A stretch of DNA of 64,000 nt, from positions 24,676,001-24,740,000 of the forward strand of contig NC_042997.1 in NCBI RefSeq assembly GCF_006345805.1, in the 5' to 3' direction. Of this stretch, positions 23,293 through 37,638 are shown piece after piece (position 1 is the stretch's first letter; every line of letters begins with the position of its first letter). The translations under genes were made by a program, and so were the position numbers. The stretch comes from Octopus sinensis. Lineage: Eukaryota. Below the pieces are notes generated by a model, which saw nothing but the letters and a program-made list of their open reading frames with translations, was not told the DNA's origin and searched no databases.

Positions 23293-23947
23293 TTAGTGAT
23301 AAAATGTTTTCCAACCATCCTGTCTTTATGTCGAGTCATAAGTTACAAACGCCATATTATTCAAAATTTTCTTCTATTCTTTATGACAGTAACTTTTTCA
23401 GGGGAGGTAAATCAGGTTATTATTTCCAAAATGTAATTCATCCTCGTCGAGGCTCACGAGGTTCTCCTAATCGCTATTCAGAAGTAATTGAGATACAATT
23501 GTACAGAGGTTAAAAGTTCCTCTCTCTACCGTAACTACTTTCAGTGTGAATCATATCCCGGTTATACTGTCATCTGAAAGCCTTTTTGCTACTCTTCTAA
23601 TGGGTATATAATATTTTTTTGAGTAGGAGTAGAATGAAAGAATGAAAATTTAAATACGTCTTTATGTCATCCTGCGAAAAAAATGTCTATACTTAAAAGT
23701 GTTAGCTGAGGGATATACACGTTTAAAATATGTATATCTGTAGCTTTGTAAGATATGTACAGGGAAAACAATATCCAAAACTCCTAATATACTTGTAAAT
23801 ACTTACCTACCTGTGGCCTTTTTTGATTAATTATTTATATATCTATATAATCCATTGAGTGATATAGATAGATACATATATCTATGTCTATACCTATCTA
23901 TAAGTATATTACATATATCTGTATCTACCTATATATCTATCTATCTA

Positions 23948-24006
<59 letters not shown>

Positions 24007-25937
24007 AATTGAGCAAACACTATATGAGAGAGATTTTCTTTAAGTATTAGAAATAGTTTTAAAAAAGTTTTTTTTGGCTACTATTTCTAATGACTTCAGT
24101 ATGTGGCAAAGTAATTTATTTTACTAAGCCCTTTTATATAATGTAATAATTTGAATTCGCCTTAAATGGTCCCTTTGCATACTGAATACTTGGTGAAATT
24201 GATTAATAATTAATTAATTTTACCCTCAATTGTTGAAATATATATATATATATATATACATGCATATGTATATATATATACAAATACACACTATACATGC
24301 ACACATTTTAAAATGACACACTCTTACACACGTATTCATATTAATAAATACACCTAAATACCAAACACATTGGACACATGTATTTAACATGTCCTTGATT
24401 TTCAGTATCAAATGGAAGATCTTTCAGCGATGCAGATTATATTATTATGAAAAGAGAGAAATGACTTTAGTATAACTAAGAAAGAAACTATTGCTCTAAA
24501 AGGAAAATTTCTATACTAGTGCATAAAATGTAAATGCGAAATTGGGGGTATTTACCAAATGCATCCACTTTGATATGTTCTCTTAAAATACTGGAAGACT
24601 ACACGACCGTTAAACAGACCAGCACTTAACTGCCATATAGTTTCTCTTCTATCCTCGCACATTCTCTTAATTTTCACTAAATTTACATATTACAACTTAG
24701 CACTCAGTGTTTTGCTCCTTTTTTAGTTTGCACATTAATTGATCTCCCAAAACTCAGTATAATCTTTACTATTCCCTAATTTACTTAGAACTTCCCATAT
24801 TATTCTGTCTAATTATATTTTGTCATTTCTATCTCTTTATGCTTTATTCATATATATTTAATTTTAGTTATTAATATCGAATAACTTCGCTAAAACCTAA
24901 CAATGAATAGCAACGAATTGTGTACCCATATATGTGTGTGTTTTTACATTATTTTGATGTATCTATATATATATATAAACAAATAATTATATACATATAT
25001 ATACATGTATACAAACACACAAAAACACACACATCTGCATACACACACACACACACACAGCGAGTACGATCATCTTTTTTCTTTTGTCGTGTGAGCATGT
25101 ATGTGCATGAGTATGATGGAGTCACAGCGAGAAAGGATGTGTGAGCGAGCTTCGTTAAAAATATGAATTCAATTCCCAAATGTGCTATGCAAAATAAATT
25201 GATAAAATACTTTCGAAATGAGTAATAATATTAATATTATTGTTCCATCGAAAACAACATAGGTCTATCGACATACGTGAAAGCATGTTTAAGCAAATGC
25301 ATATGTGTGTGTATGTGTGTATATATTTACATATGTATATGTCTCTTTATTTAACAAATTCTTAAGTAATTTTGCAATAAGAAATATTTCTCAAGAAGAT
25401 ATATCATTGCAAATGATGAAGGACTTCTTTTAATTAAAAACCTTTTGAAATATAAGGAAATTTATTTATATATTTATGCATATGCTTATTTGCACTTAAT
25501 AATCCCCGTATAAATCACTGCCGAATCCATAATTTCTAATTCTGCTTGATTAATGTCTTATATTTATGCTTCACGAACTATATTACTATAAACGCATGTT
25601 TGAAATTTCAATATCACATGTAGAGGTCTGTAATGCGTAAATCCTGAAACGGACCTTACAAAATAACACAAAAACTTGTTGATGCTTTTCAACAACTCCT
25701 TGTTTGACGGTAGGAAAATTATGCCTAAGCTTGAAATCTGACCAGAATTCCTGCCATGGCGAGGACAGTGTTACAGACATTCAAGCATCAGGTGTAGATT
25801 TTGAAAACGGTTGACAGATTAAGACCAGCACACAAGAATATACAAGTTTCCGTATTTCCGAATTTTGTAACAATGCTGATTATCTCTGATCACGTAAAAA
25901 TTTCATTAATGTCGCTGTACTCGTAACTATCCCGTCC

Positions 25938-26364
25938 GTGGAGGCGCAATGGCCAAGTGGTTAGAGCAGCGGACTCGCGGTCATAAAATCGCGGTTTCGA
26001 TTCCCAGACCGGGCGTTGTGAGTGTTTATTGGGCGAAAACACCTAAAAGCTCCACGAGGCTCCGGCAGGGGATGGTGGTGATCCCTGCTGTACTCTTTCA
26101 CCACAACTTTCTCTCACTCTTACTTCCTGTTTCTGTTGTACCTGTATTTCAAGGGGCCGGCCTTGTCACTCTCTGTGTCACGCTGAATATCCCCGAGAAC
26201 TACGTTAAGAGTACACGTGTCTGTGGAGTGCTCAGCCACTTACACGTTAATTTCACGAGCAGGCTGTTCCGTTGATTCGGATCAACCGGAACACTCGTCG
26301 TCGTAACCGACGGAGTGCTTCCATCCTTATGAAGTATCCTGTAAGAGCTTGTATGCTTCTATCC
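25938..26364 (+). mobile_element. SINE family C, full length, with ~45-nt 3' extension
   Basis: TSD AACTATCCCGTCCGTG at 25925-25940 and 26365-26380. Confidence 0.9.
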
Positions 26365-26650
26365 AACTATCCCGTCCGTGTTTTTTTTAAATATTTTGTG
26401 TATCTTTAATTATATTTCCTGTCTCTTCATTCAACTTAATAGAATGCAATTTACTCGTGTTTTTTTTTTAAATTTGCATTCATTGATGTATCATTATTAT
26501 TGATGCATACTAACATGCACAACTACATATTTAATGTACACGCCAATATAAATACACATGTACATGGAGGCGAAGGATTGTAATTGTGAGAACCGATCTT
26601 CCAATCAGGTGGATTATGTAAATGCGATAAATAACATGTTTATCGAAATT

Positions 26651-28325
26651 CCTTATTTCTTTATTGCCCGCAAGGGGCTAAACTTAGAGGGGACAAACAA
26701 AGACAGACAAAGGGACTAAGTCGATTACATGGACTCCAGTGCGTAACTAGTACTTAATTTATCGACCCCCGAAGGGATGAAAGGCAAAGTCGGCCTCGGC
26801 GTAATTTGAACTCAGAACGTTCAGACAGACGAAATACCTATTTCTTTATTACCCACAAGGGGCTAAACACAGAGGAGACAAACAAGGACAGACATAGGTA
26901 TTAAGTCGATTACATCGACCCCAGTGCGTAACTGGCACTTAATTTATCGACCCCGAAAGGATGAAAAGCAAAGTCGGCCTCGGCGTAATTTGAACTCAGA
27001 ACGTAACGGCAGACGAAATACCTATTTCTTTACTACCCACAAGGGGTTAAACACAGAGGAGACAAACAAGGACTGACTAACGGATTAAATCGATTATATC
27101 GATCCCAGTGCGTAACTGGTACTTAATTTATCGATCCCGAAGGGATGAAAGGCAAAGTCGGCCTCGGCGTAATTTGAACTCAGAACGTTCAGACAGACGA
27201 AATACCGCTACGCATCTCGCCTGGCGTGCTAACGTTTCTTCCAGCTCACCACCGCATATATCGAAATTTCAGTAATTTCAAATCGTTGCACCAGTCATAA
27301 ATTTTCCTTGTGATTTTATTCATATAACACCTTTATATCTAAGGACAAAATCTATCTCAATTATTCGAGTTACCTATTTCTTTATTACCCACAATGGGCT
27401 AAACACAGAGGGGACAAACAAGGACAGACATAGGTATTAAGTCGATTACATCGACCCCAGTGCGTAACTGGTACTTAATTTATCGACCCCGAAAGGATGA
27501 AAGGCAAAGTTGACCTCGGCGGAATTTGAACTCAGAACGTAACGGCAGACGAAATACCTATTTCTTTACTACCCACAAGGGGTTAAACACAGAGGAGACA
27601 AACAAGGACTGACTAACGGATTAAATCGATTATATCGATCCCAGTGCGTAACTGGTACTTAATTTATCGATCCCGAAGGGATGAAAGGCAAAGTCGGCCT
27701 CGGCGGAATTTGAACTCACAACGTTCAGACAGACGAAATACCGCTACGCATCTCGCCTGGCGTGCTAACGTTTCTTCCAGCTCACCACCGCATATATCGA
27801 AATTTCAGTAATTTCAAATCGTTGCACCAGTCATAAATTTTCCTTGTGATTTTATTCATATAACACCTTTATATCTAAGGACAAAATCTATCTCAATTAT
27901 TCGAGTTACCTATTTCTTTATTACCCACAATGGGCTAAACACAGAGGGGACAAACAAGGACAGACATAGGTATTAAGTCGATTACATCGACCCCAGTGCG
28001 TAACTGGTACTTAATTTATCGACCCCGAAAGGATGAAAGGCAAAGTTGACCTCGGCGGAATTTGAACTCAGAACGTAGTGGCAAACGAAATACCTATTTC
28101 TTTATTACCCACAAGGGGCTAAACACAGAGGGGACAAACAAGGACAGACATAGGTATTAAGTCGATTACATCGACCCCAGTGCGGAACTGATACTTAATT
28201 TATCGACCCCGAAAGGATGAAAGGCAAAGTCGAACTCGGCGGAATTTGAACTCACAACGTAACGCAGACGAAATACCGCTAAGCATTTTGCCCGGCGCGC
28301 TAACGTTTCTGCCAGCTCGCCGCCT
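26651..28325 (-). mobile_element. Cluster of SINE A tandem arrays (~184-bp units; 3+2+2 units, three heads) with a 536-bp higher-order duplication
   Basis: Units joined at AAAGAAATA|GGTATTTCG; unique spacer repeated at 27255 and 27791. Confidence 0.9.
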
Positions 28326-29365
28326 CAATTATTCGATTTACCGTTTGTGGAATGCAGCACCATAGTGACTTCCATTTTTCTAACCAAAGCATATGGCATT
28401 GTGGTATATTTGTTGAACTTGTTCAAATGTTCTGAGTTATGTATATATGATTGTTGAGGGAAGATCCTGCTGTTTCAATGAAACTGAGTAATTTTCATAG
28501 AACATTTGTGACATCACAGCTTAGTAAATGCTGTAAAGATTTAGTAATGTATTCACAATAAAGAATAACATGTTGTTTGGTAAAAGCTGCTAGCAAAACC
28601 CTCTGAAACTCCGTTGTAGATAAAACATATGATAATTTTGGCTAAGATTCAGTTGCTAAGATTTATTTCGAAGTACACGAATTTTGTTGTTAACATCTTG
28701 AATGAAACAATCTCTTAATATAATCCAAGAATTTAAAACGTATGGAAATTTGTAAATTTTAACAAATGCCTTTGAGTTATTCGAATTCTAGAATTGAAAT
28801 TGTTTCTGATTTTTTATGTAATTACAAGTGAACCCGAAACTATTGTGAAATGTTTCGACTAATTACATGTATAATATCTATTTTCTTCGGCTTTCTTTCA
28901 GGTAAGCATATCATACAAATTTGTATACTTGAGCAATACTTGATGTCGATTAAGTCGAAGTTGCATACAAAAATCTATAGATTTTCTTTGCAGTTTTGAA
29001 ATATTTGCTTTGAAATATATTTGAAAATTAACATTTACCTTTGAATGCAAATATGGGAACAACATATTCAAGTAATAACTGCCTTTTTCTAAAATCAAAT
29101 CCGTCTTGACGTATTAAATGGGCTCAATAGATTTTCCTTGTTAGTAAATATTGACTACAAAATGAAAGCAGATAAGGAACATAACCAATAACAATTTATT
29201 CAATTTTCAATTTGAGAGTATTATTAACTTTCACTTTTTATCATATCTATGATATATAAACTAGCATAGGCTTATAAATAAAAATAAACGTTGATGTTCA
29301 GTTAAATGAATTGATGAATTAGACTGTTCCTTTCATATGAATATGCACTTGCAAAAGTATTTCTT

Positions 29366-29991
29366 CTTTCTTTAGTGCCCACAAGGGGCTAAACATAGAG
29401 GGGACAAACAAGGACAGACAAACGGATTAAGTCGATTACATCGACCCCAGTGAGTAATTGGTACTTAATTAATCGACCCCCCGAAAGGATGAAAGGTAAA
29501 GTCGACCTTGGCGGAATTTGAACTCAGAACGCAACGGCAGACGAAATACCTATTCCTTTACTACCCACAAGGGGCTAAACACAAAGGGGACAAACAAGGA
29601 CAGACACACGAATTAAGTCGATTACATCGACCCAGTGCGTAACTGGTACTTAATTTATCGACTCCGAAAGGATGAAAGGCAAAGTCGACCTCGGTGGAAT
29701 TTGAACTCGGAACGTAACGGCAGACGAAATACAGCTAAGCATTTCGCCCGGCGTGCTAACTTTTCTTTTTTCTTTATTGCTCACAAGGTGCTAAACATAG
29801 AGGGGACAAATAAGCACAGACAAAGGGATTAAGTCGACTGCATCGACCCCGGTGCGTAACTGGTACTTAATTTATCGACCCCCGGAAGGATGAAAGGCAA
29901 AGTCGACCTCGGCGGAATTTGAACTCAGAATGTAACGGCAGACGAAATACATTTGGCCCGACGTGCTAACGATTCTGCCAGCTCGCCGCCT
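29366..29991 (-). mobile_element. SINE A array of three units
   Basis: Tails near 29366, 29548, 29765; head ends at ~29991. Confidence 0.85.
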
Positions 29992-31016
29992 TAATAATAT
30001 TTCGAATAATGTTTCTGCAGCACTACATGAAATGTAGCTAGCTCAGTAGTATTACATAAATATACAGATACAGTTATGGAAAACAGGTAAAATGGCTACA
30101 CCAAATTATATCTGACATCACTTGTAAATATTTCAAAAGAAATCCTTATGAGGAATTTTTCTTTATATTCTGACACATTTTGAGATGACTCCAACATTTT
30201 ACCATGTTTCCGCGCTCATCTCCAGACGGAATTGTTGGGGCGTATGTATGTATGTATGTATGTTATGTATGTATGTATGTATGTATGTATGTATGTATGT
30301 ATATATGTACGTACGTATGTATGTATGTATGTGAGGGTGTGTGTATGTATGCATGTATGTATGTAAATGTGTATCTGTGTATGTATGCATGTATGTATGT
30401 TTGTTTGTATGTATGTCATTATTCAGTTTTATTTCAAGATTTTTTTGCCAATAGAGAAAGAGCCGTTTTCTAACCAACATACAAGGCTCCTTCATTGGAA
30501 TTTCAACATCAATAGGATATATTTGTATGTATGTATTTATGTGTGAATGTACGTATACTTTCAGATTTGTATGTTTTGTTTTATTTATGGCTTCTCATGC
30601 ATATATTTGCAGGCCTATACATGCTCATATATACTTAAATGTAAGCATTCATACATGTGTGTATGTATGAATGTATGTATGTCATTGTTCAGATGTATGT
30701 ATGCCTGTATGTATGTATGTATGTATGAATGTATGTATGCATGTATGTATATATGTATGTATGTATGATCGTATGTGATTAAACCAGCATCTCCACTAAA
30801 CTTCATTGGTGAGAAAGGTTGCTGGAAGCCCGTCGAGACTAAAATCAGGGGCTGTCAAAAAAACGAATGAATCTTGAGTAGGTTTAATAAAATAGGCGCT
30901 CAGAAATTTCGTGTTGGTGTCCAGCGTAATGGAAAATCACTGGGAATAAGGCACATCTTAGATTTTGTTAAAGCATGCCTGTAGGATAAGGTCACCCTAA
31001 TATAAAAACAGATATA

Positions 31017-31902
31017 TATGGTTTGATCAACCAGCATCCGGACTGTAGCCATAGTAACGTAGCTAAAGCACGCTGAGTAACACTGTTTGGCACAGATTGA
31101 TCTTGAAATCTGCTGTGCACGCACACTAAGATTTAACGTTGTAGCTTATATCTACTGTTTACAGCAGTGCTTGGATGGAAGCTCTGTAGCATGTGATCAT
31201 CGCATTGAACATGGCAGAGGAAGTTAACCAGAGATTTCTGCATCAAATTTAGCCAAAGGCTTGGCGATACCTGCTCCGAGGCCAATACAAAGTTTTCAAA
31301 CAGTTTTCATCGTTCTCAAGGATATCTTGTGCAGATGAAACCCGAGTGTCTTTTTGGTCAGCTGAAGGCAGTTTTGGCACACACTTGGCAGACACGCGTC
31401 TCATACCCAAATCATCAATGAAAATCGATTGAACTGAACCGTAACTGAATTGAACAACCTCTGATAACTCACGGATGATGATTCGACAATTTCTCCACAC
31501 AGCTGCACGCACATCTGCAATTTTTTCTCAGTTCTGCTGATTGCAGTTCTCACAGAACGTTCCTCAATATCGAGGATATTTTTGGTCATCTTGGAAACAT
31601 CTGAAACACTCGTACACTTATGTGCGACTCATACACTCCTCTCCATACACTTTCTGCAAATTTGTGTAGGCCTCTGAGCAGGTATCACCATGACAACTTT
31701 CTCTGTTATAGTCAATGCGACGATCACACGCTACACACCTTACTTCGAAACACTGCTGTAAACAGCGGAAGTGAGCAAGAAGGTCAAAACTTAGTGCACA
31801 TGCACAGCAGAGTTCCAGGTCAATAGTTCCCAAGCGGCTTCACTCTGCGTGCTTTAGCTTCGTTACTATGGCAACTGTCTGGATACTATTTCTCAGACCT
31901 CG
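31017..31902 (-). mobile_element. Fold-back mariner derivative (transposase N-terminal half plus inverted copy of the 5' end)
   Basis: LQKVYGEECMSRT and DDLGMRRVSAKCVPKL match mariner transposase; TA-flanked imperfect TIRs; ~270-bp inverted arms. Confidence 0.85.
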
Positions 31903-32351
31903 TATAGGGAATGGCAATGAACATTTTGGAGATCTTCTGCTTGATTTGAGATCATGACGATTCCATATTCTTGAGCCTGCGACCCATATTGGCACTGGAT
32001 ATCCTGCTCTGGCTTCTCTATGGATCGTGTCAATAAGATAGAGAGGATGTGTGTGAGGTGTTGTGCCAGACTTACTGGATCTATAATTTTAGATTATCCA
32101 ATTGTTGGCAAGGTGACTATTCGATGTCCGGTCGAGTAGGCGAGCGCCGCTGCAAGCATGGAAGCTGCGGATGCAAATCCGAATGGAGCCGACTGCCGAT
32201 TTCTATACATATATTAAACTTCAACCCCACCACACACACACACACGTAAACGTTTACACACACATACACACATGTATATATATATACATGTATAAATACA
32301 TACATACATATATATATATATATAGTGTACCTACAAAGAAAACCATACACT

Positions 32352-32392
<41 letters not shown>

Positions 32393-32718
32393 CATACACA
32401 CACATAGATATAATATCAAACATGTTCACATGTACATACAGACATATATACACGAATCCAAAGATAGATACGCAGATGTCGCTCTAGATACACACAAATA
32501 TGTAAATATTTGTATATGGCTATATTGGTCCACACGCAATATTTTATGCATAGATATATGTGCGCGTGTGTGACTGTACATCTGTGTGTTTATGTATGTG
32601 TATATATATCTATGTATGTGTATTGTTGCGTACTTGTTTTGTGTGTGCACATAAACTTTTAAATAGAAATTAAATAGAAGACATAGGGGAAAGAACAGGA
32701 AAAAAGATAAATGAAGCT

Positions 32719-32759
<41 letters not shown>

Positions 32760-32899
32760 GGGGGAGGAATAAGGTGGGTGAAGGGGCGGATATATAGCGT
32801 AATAATATCGCAAAGAAAAGATCTTCGAAGGATGTTGGAAGAAAATGGAAAAAATCGGAAAATGGGATACCCACATACACATATAAAAAGTGAGATGAA

Positions 32900-32944
<45 letters not shown>

Positions 32945-33183
32945 TTGGGAAAGAGAAAGGGCGAATGAGTGAGAGAACAAAACATCAATCTGTCATCCAA
33001 TCTCCGTGTACTAAGGAAGCAGTCTTTACTTCCTGTTTGGTGGTGTTTCTAGCAACATACGCATATACATAAATCCACACACACACACACACACATTAAT
33101 GTGCGTATGTGTGCATATGTGTGTAACTACGTACATACACTCATACATGCCTACCTACCTCCCTACCTACCTACCTACATACA

Positions 33184-33265
<82 letters not shown>

Positions 33266-33532
33266 AATATATATACAAAATGTATATAGATATATATAAA
33301 AAGAGAAAAAGAGATAAGGAGGAGGAGAGAAAGGGAAAGAGTGGTAGAGAACATGAGAGAAACAATCTTATATATGCGGACCATATAAATGTACATGCAT
33401 ACACACATACACATGCTCACAGCGGCGCACGTACACAAAACTGCATGCACACCCACACACCTCCACACACACAATTACGTACGTATTTGTCTATGTATAT
33501 TTATGTGCATGTGTGTGTGTGTGTGCGTGTGT

Positions 33533-33575
<43 letters not shown>

Positions 33576-34278
33576 CTATATCTAAATACAGAGACAAACA
33601 AGCATTCTTGTTTGTAGAAGAATAGGCTCCAAATACAGTTTACGGTTTCTTCTGACACAACTTAGTCGTCAACATGGCACCGATGACTTCGGCATTTCTA
33701 AACTCATCTCTGTCTGATCTTCCGGTCATTATATCATTTAACAGCGACATTTTTATTTTATTTTTTTATTTGTTTTTTTTTTTTAGTGTTTTAGTGTGTG
33801 GACCACAAGAAAGACCAGATGTCATTACTAAATTCAGTTGATTACACAGTTTTAATTACGTTGTTCCTGTTTGTCTATACTTTTCATGTAGCAACAGATA
33901 ATAACAAATGCTAAGACATCTACAGTTGCATCTCCCACCAGAATAAAACAAGATAGGCAGAAATAATAAAAGGGGAAAAGGAAAGGGAATTTTAAAAGGT
34001 TGAACTAAAACCCAGAGAAATAAAATTATATTTCTCTCATTTACGTTTTGTTTTTTATAGTTTTTATTTCGTCTATCATTCTATGTTTCTGTCTCCCACA
34101 CTGGTTCTCTCTCTCTCTCTCTCTCTTTCTCTCTTTCTGTTTCCCTCTGTATATATCTATATTGTTGTCATTGCTAAACCTGTCTACCTGCCTCCACTTT
34201 CTTCCTGCCATATATCTGTCACTATGTGTGTGTGTGTTCGTGTATACATACATATGTATATGCATTTCTATATATGTT

Positions 34279-34324
<46 letters not shown>

Positions 34325-34335
<11 letters not shown>

Positions 34336-34445
34336 GTATATATATATGTATATGTATATATATATGTATATGTATATATATATGTATATGTATATATATA
34401 TGTATATGTATATATATATGTATATGTATATATATATGTATGTAT
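34325..34445. repeat. 16-bp higher-order microsatellite (TATATGTATATATATG)n
   Basis: Direct reading. Confidence 0.85.
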
Positions 34446-34488
34446 ATATATATATGTATATATATATGTATGTATATATTATGTATAT

Positions 34489-34541
<53 letters not shown>

Positions 34542-35293
34542 GTATGTATATATATATATATATATATATAGATAGATAGATAGATAGATAGATAGATTAA
34601 ATATACATGAATGCATGTATATTTCTCGTCTGATTCTCCAATTCTCTCTCTCTCTCTTTCTCTCCGTCTTTGCCGCTATTAACTCTATTTATACGCTCAT
34701 CCATATTCGTCATTCACCCACTACATACCTACACTCATCTACACAAGCACATACTTATACACGTACGCACATAACCAATAAACAATCTCGACGCCATTTC
34801 TCTATCAACACACTCTCACACACAACGCATACATACACAATAAACCTGTAGACGATAGACACACATTCACATAGAAAAAAAGAATGAAAACTTTTGAAAA
34901 TGGTCTTTGAAACTCATGAGCTGCTGCAGTGAATAAACAGCCACAAGCTAGAAATCTTTAAATACCGACATGGCTTCAACTGGCACCAAGAATCTGAAAA
35001 TCTGTTTATAATTTCATTTCTTGTTCTGTTTTTACAGTCGACAGGCTGTTGAACGAGGTATGGATCTATGAAAAGTTCGCTGCGTCTGTCATGAAAATCC
35101 TATATGATTTCTGGTATTAACATCGACTCGAAAAAGAAAATGGTTTCATCTAGTCTACAAAGACATTATGATGACCTTGAAGCTGTTGGTATGAACAGAA
35201 CACGAGAGCAGAACGTGTAGGTGAACTGATACGATAAACTAAACACATGAAGAATGTTATTAGGCGAGCACATAATTTTCCACACACACACAC

Positions 35294-35337
<44 letters not shown>

Positions 35338-35437
35338 GGGAATATTATTCCAAGCTTACAGGGAAAAATTCAATTTAGTAATACTAAAATAAATTTTACA
35401 AAATATAATATATAATATAAAATATAAAATATATACG

Positions 35438-35580
35438 ATGTGCTTCTTCCAGTTTCCGTCAACCAAATCCACTCACAGTCTTTGGTCGCCCCAATGCTAT
35501 AGTAGAAGATACTTGCCCAAGGTGCCATGCAGTGGGACTGAACCCGGAACCATGTGATTGAGAAGCAAGCTTCATACATA
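35438..35580 (-). mobile_element. SINE B first half, diverged
   Basis: CAGTTTCCGTCAACCAAATCCACTCAC...GTGGGACTGAACCCGGAACC. Confidence 0.75.
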
Positions 35581-35616
35581 CACATATACACGCACTACAC
35601 AAGCCTAAAAGCTGGC

Positions 35617-35825
35617 TCTTCATCGGTTGCGATGTTGCGTGGTCAAGTTGATCAGGATCAACGGGACTACCTGGTGATGAAATTAATGTGCAAGTGGCTG
35701 AGTACTCCACAGGCACGTAGTTTTTCAGGGAGATTTAGTATGACACAATGTGACAAGGCTGGCCCTTTGTAATACACTTACAACTCATTTTTGCGAGCTG
35801 AATAGACTGAGCAGTGTGAAACGAA
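35617..35825 (-). mobile_element. Old SINE E/C-type fragment
   Basis: Homology to 49457-49784. Confidence 0.65.
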
Positions 35826-36113
35826 GGGAACCGACTGTCCCTGCGACTTAGCCAAGTCATCTATACTTACAATGATTTGCTTACAAGTCTCTATCAAACA
35901 AGACACAGCAGCAAAATGTCCCTTCCTATCATCTAATTAATACAGGATCTATAAATTTTGAACTGATGAAATGATAGACCTACTGCGACAGAACCGGCTG
36001 TAAGTATTCTCACAGAGCCAGATATATGGATTCGGTTGTCGTCGATATGGTAGCATTTCATTGTTTACACCAAACATTTTGGCGCGTAACATTTCAAGAA
36101 TCTCCCTTTTCAT

Positions 36114-36490
36114 CTCTTACTCTCTTTTACTTGTTTCAGCCATTTGACTGCGGCCATGCAGGAGCACCGCCTTTAGTCGAGCAAATCGACCCTGGGACTT
36201 ATTTTTTGTAAGCCCAGTACTTATTCTATCGGTCTCTTTTGCCGAACCGCTAAGTGCCGGGGACGTAAACACACTAGCAATGCTAGGGGGACAAACACAG
36301 ACACACAAACACACACACATATATAGATATATACGACAGGCTTCTTTCAGTTTCCGTCAGCCAAATCCACTCACAAGGCATTGGTCAGCCCGGGGCTATA
36401 GCAGAAGACACTTGCCCAAGATGTCACGCAGTGGGACTGAACCCGGAACCATGTGGTTGGTTAGCAAGCTACTTACCACACAGCCACTCC
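36114..36490 (-). mobile_element. SINE family B
   Basis: Homology to other B copies. Confidence 0.9.
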
Positions 36491-37638
36491 TTAACATCGT
36501 TAAGTTTTCCTCAAAATTTGTAATCACTCGTCCACCCTCGTCTTCATCAGTATATACTTCTTCACTATTCTCAGGGATATAGTGATTTTCTTCAGTTTCA
36601 TTTTTTTCGTTTCTTACTTCTTTATTACCACTTTTTACCACTCGCCCTGTATATTTTCTCTTCAACTTTTAATTCTGTAATCCAATTAATATACGAATTC
36701 CCTTTTTCTAGTCCATCAATCGTTTAACAGAACCTTCAAAGACTCTCTTTTCATCCCACATCCTCTTCTTTAGTTTCATAAATCCTCTTTTCTTCCGTTC
36801 ATTTCGCAGCCCTAACATTCAATCACAATCATATTTCCCTCTTTTTACCCAGTTGTTCCCCAACCACAAACACTGCACTTTTGAAATCGATCCTGATCTT
36901 CATCAGTGGCTTGATTCCTACATTTGTAGACAGTTACTTAACATTTCCTACAAGCCAATGTTTAAAGTTTCATAGACACAAAAGCACAAACCTAACCTAG
37001 AGAATGCATCTGATTAGCGAAACCATAGTTATATTCACCTTATTCTTTACAGGTCGCTAATAAGCAAGTTTCCAGTATAAAACCATGTAATGTTATGAAG
37101 ATTGATGGCGATTTCTACATAAATCCGTTGTACCAGTTATTAAAGCGCTAATAGGCAACTCGTCTAGAATAACACTCTTTTTTTAAGGGAGTTAGTTCCT
37201 TTTCTCGCTTATTATTTTCGGAGGCAGATGTACGGAAGTCGCTCTACGACAGTGATTATAAAACACTTCGGAATTTCAATTAAGAATACTCCAAGATACA
37301 CAGTGTCTCACACAGACGGAAACTGCATTTACGTAGAGACTAACATATGAAGTATACCTATCAAATCAATCAGGATATTTGGAGGCATCTTCCAACAATC
37401 CTCTTCACGTAATATGGCGTATCAAGTGTCAAACTTGATTAGGAAAGAAAACCCTCACCCTGGACATCGTCTCGATAACGTATGTTTCTTTTAGGTTATG
37501 GAAAATAACGGCTGCGAGATTTGTCAACTACCTATCAATATGTATATGTTTATGAATATGGGTGTAAACATATATGTGTGTGTGTGTGTGTATGTGTGTG
37601 TGTGCGTGTGTGTTTGTGTGTGTGAATGTACACATACA

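Noticed and set aside
25586-25780. Protein-like minus ORF (SPWQEFWSDFKLRHNF...) as an exon
   Set aside because: Weak donor, no recognised homology, and several equally plausible frames.
25938-26015. tRNA genes at SINE heads
   Set aside because: The heads have A/B boxes but imperfect cloverleaves and run into SINE bodies with TSDs; they are not real tRNA genes.
26651-28325. CRISPR-like repeat/spacer appearance of the SINE arrays and the 94-bp array
   Set aside because: Eukaryotic context, long units, identical rather than unique spacers, no cas genes.
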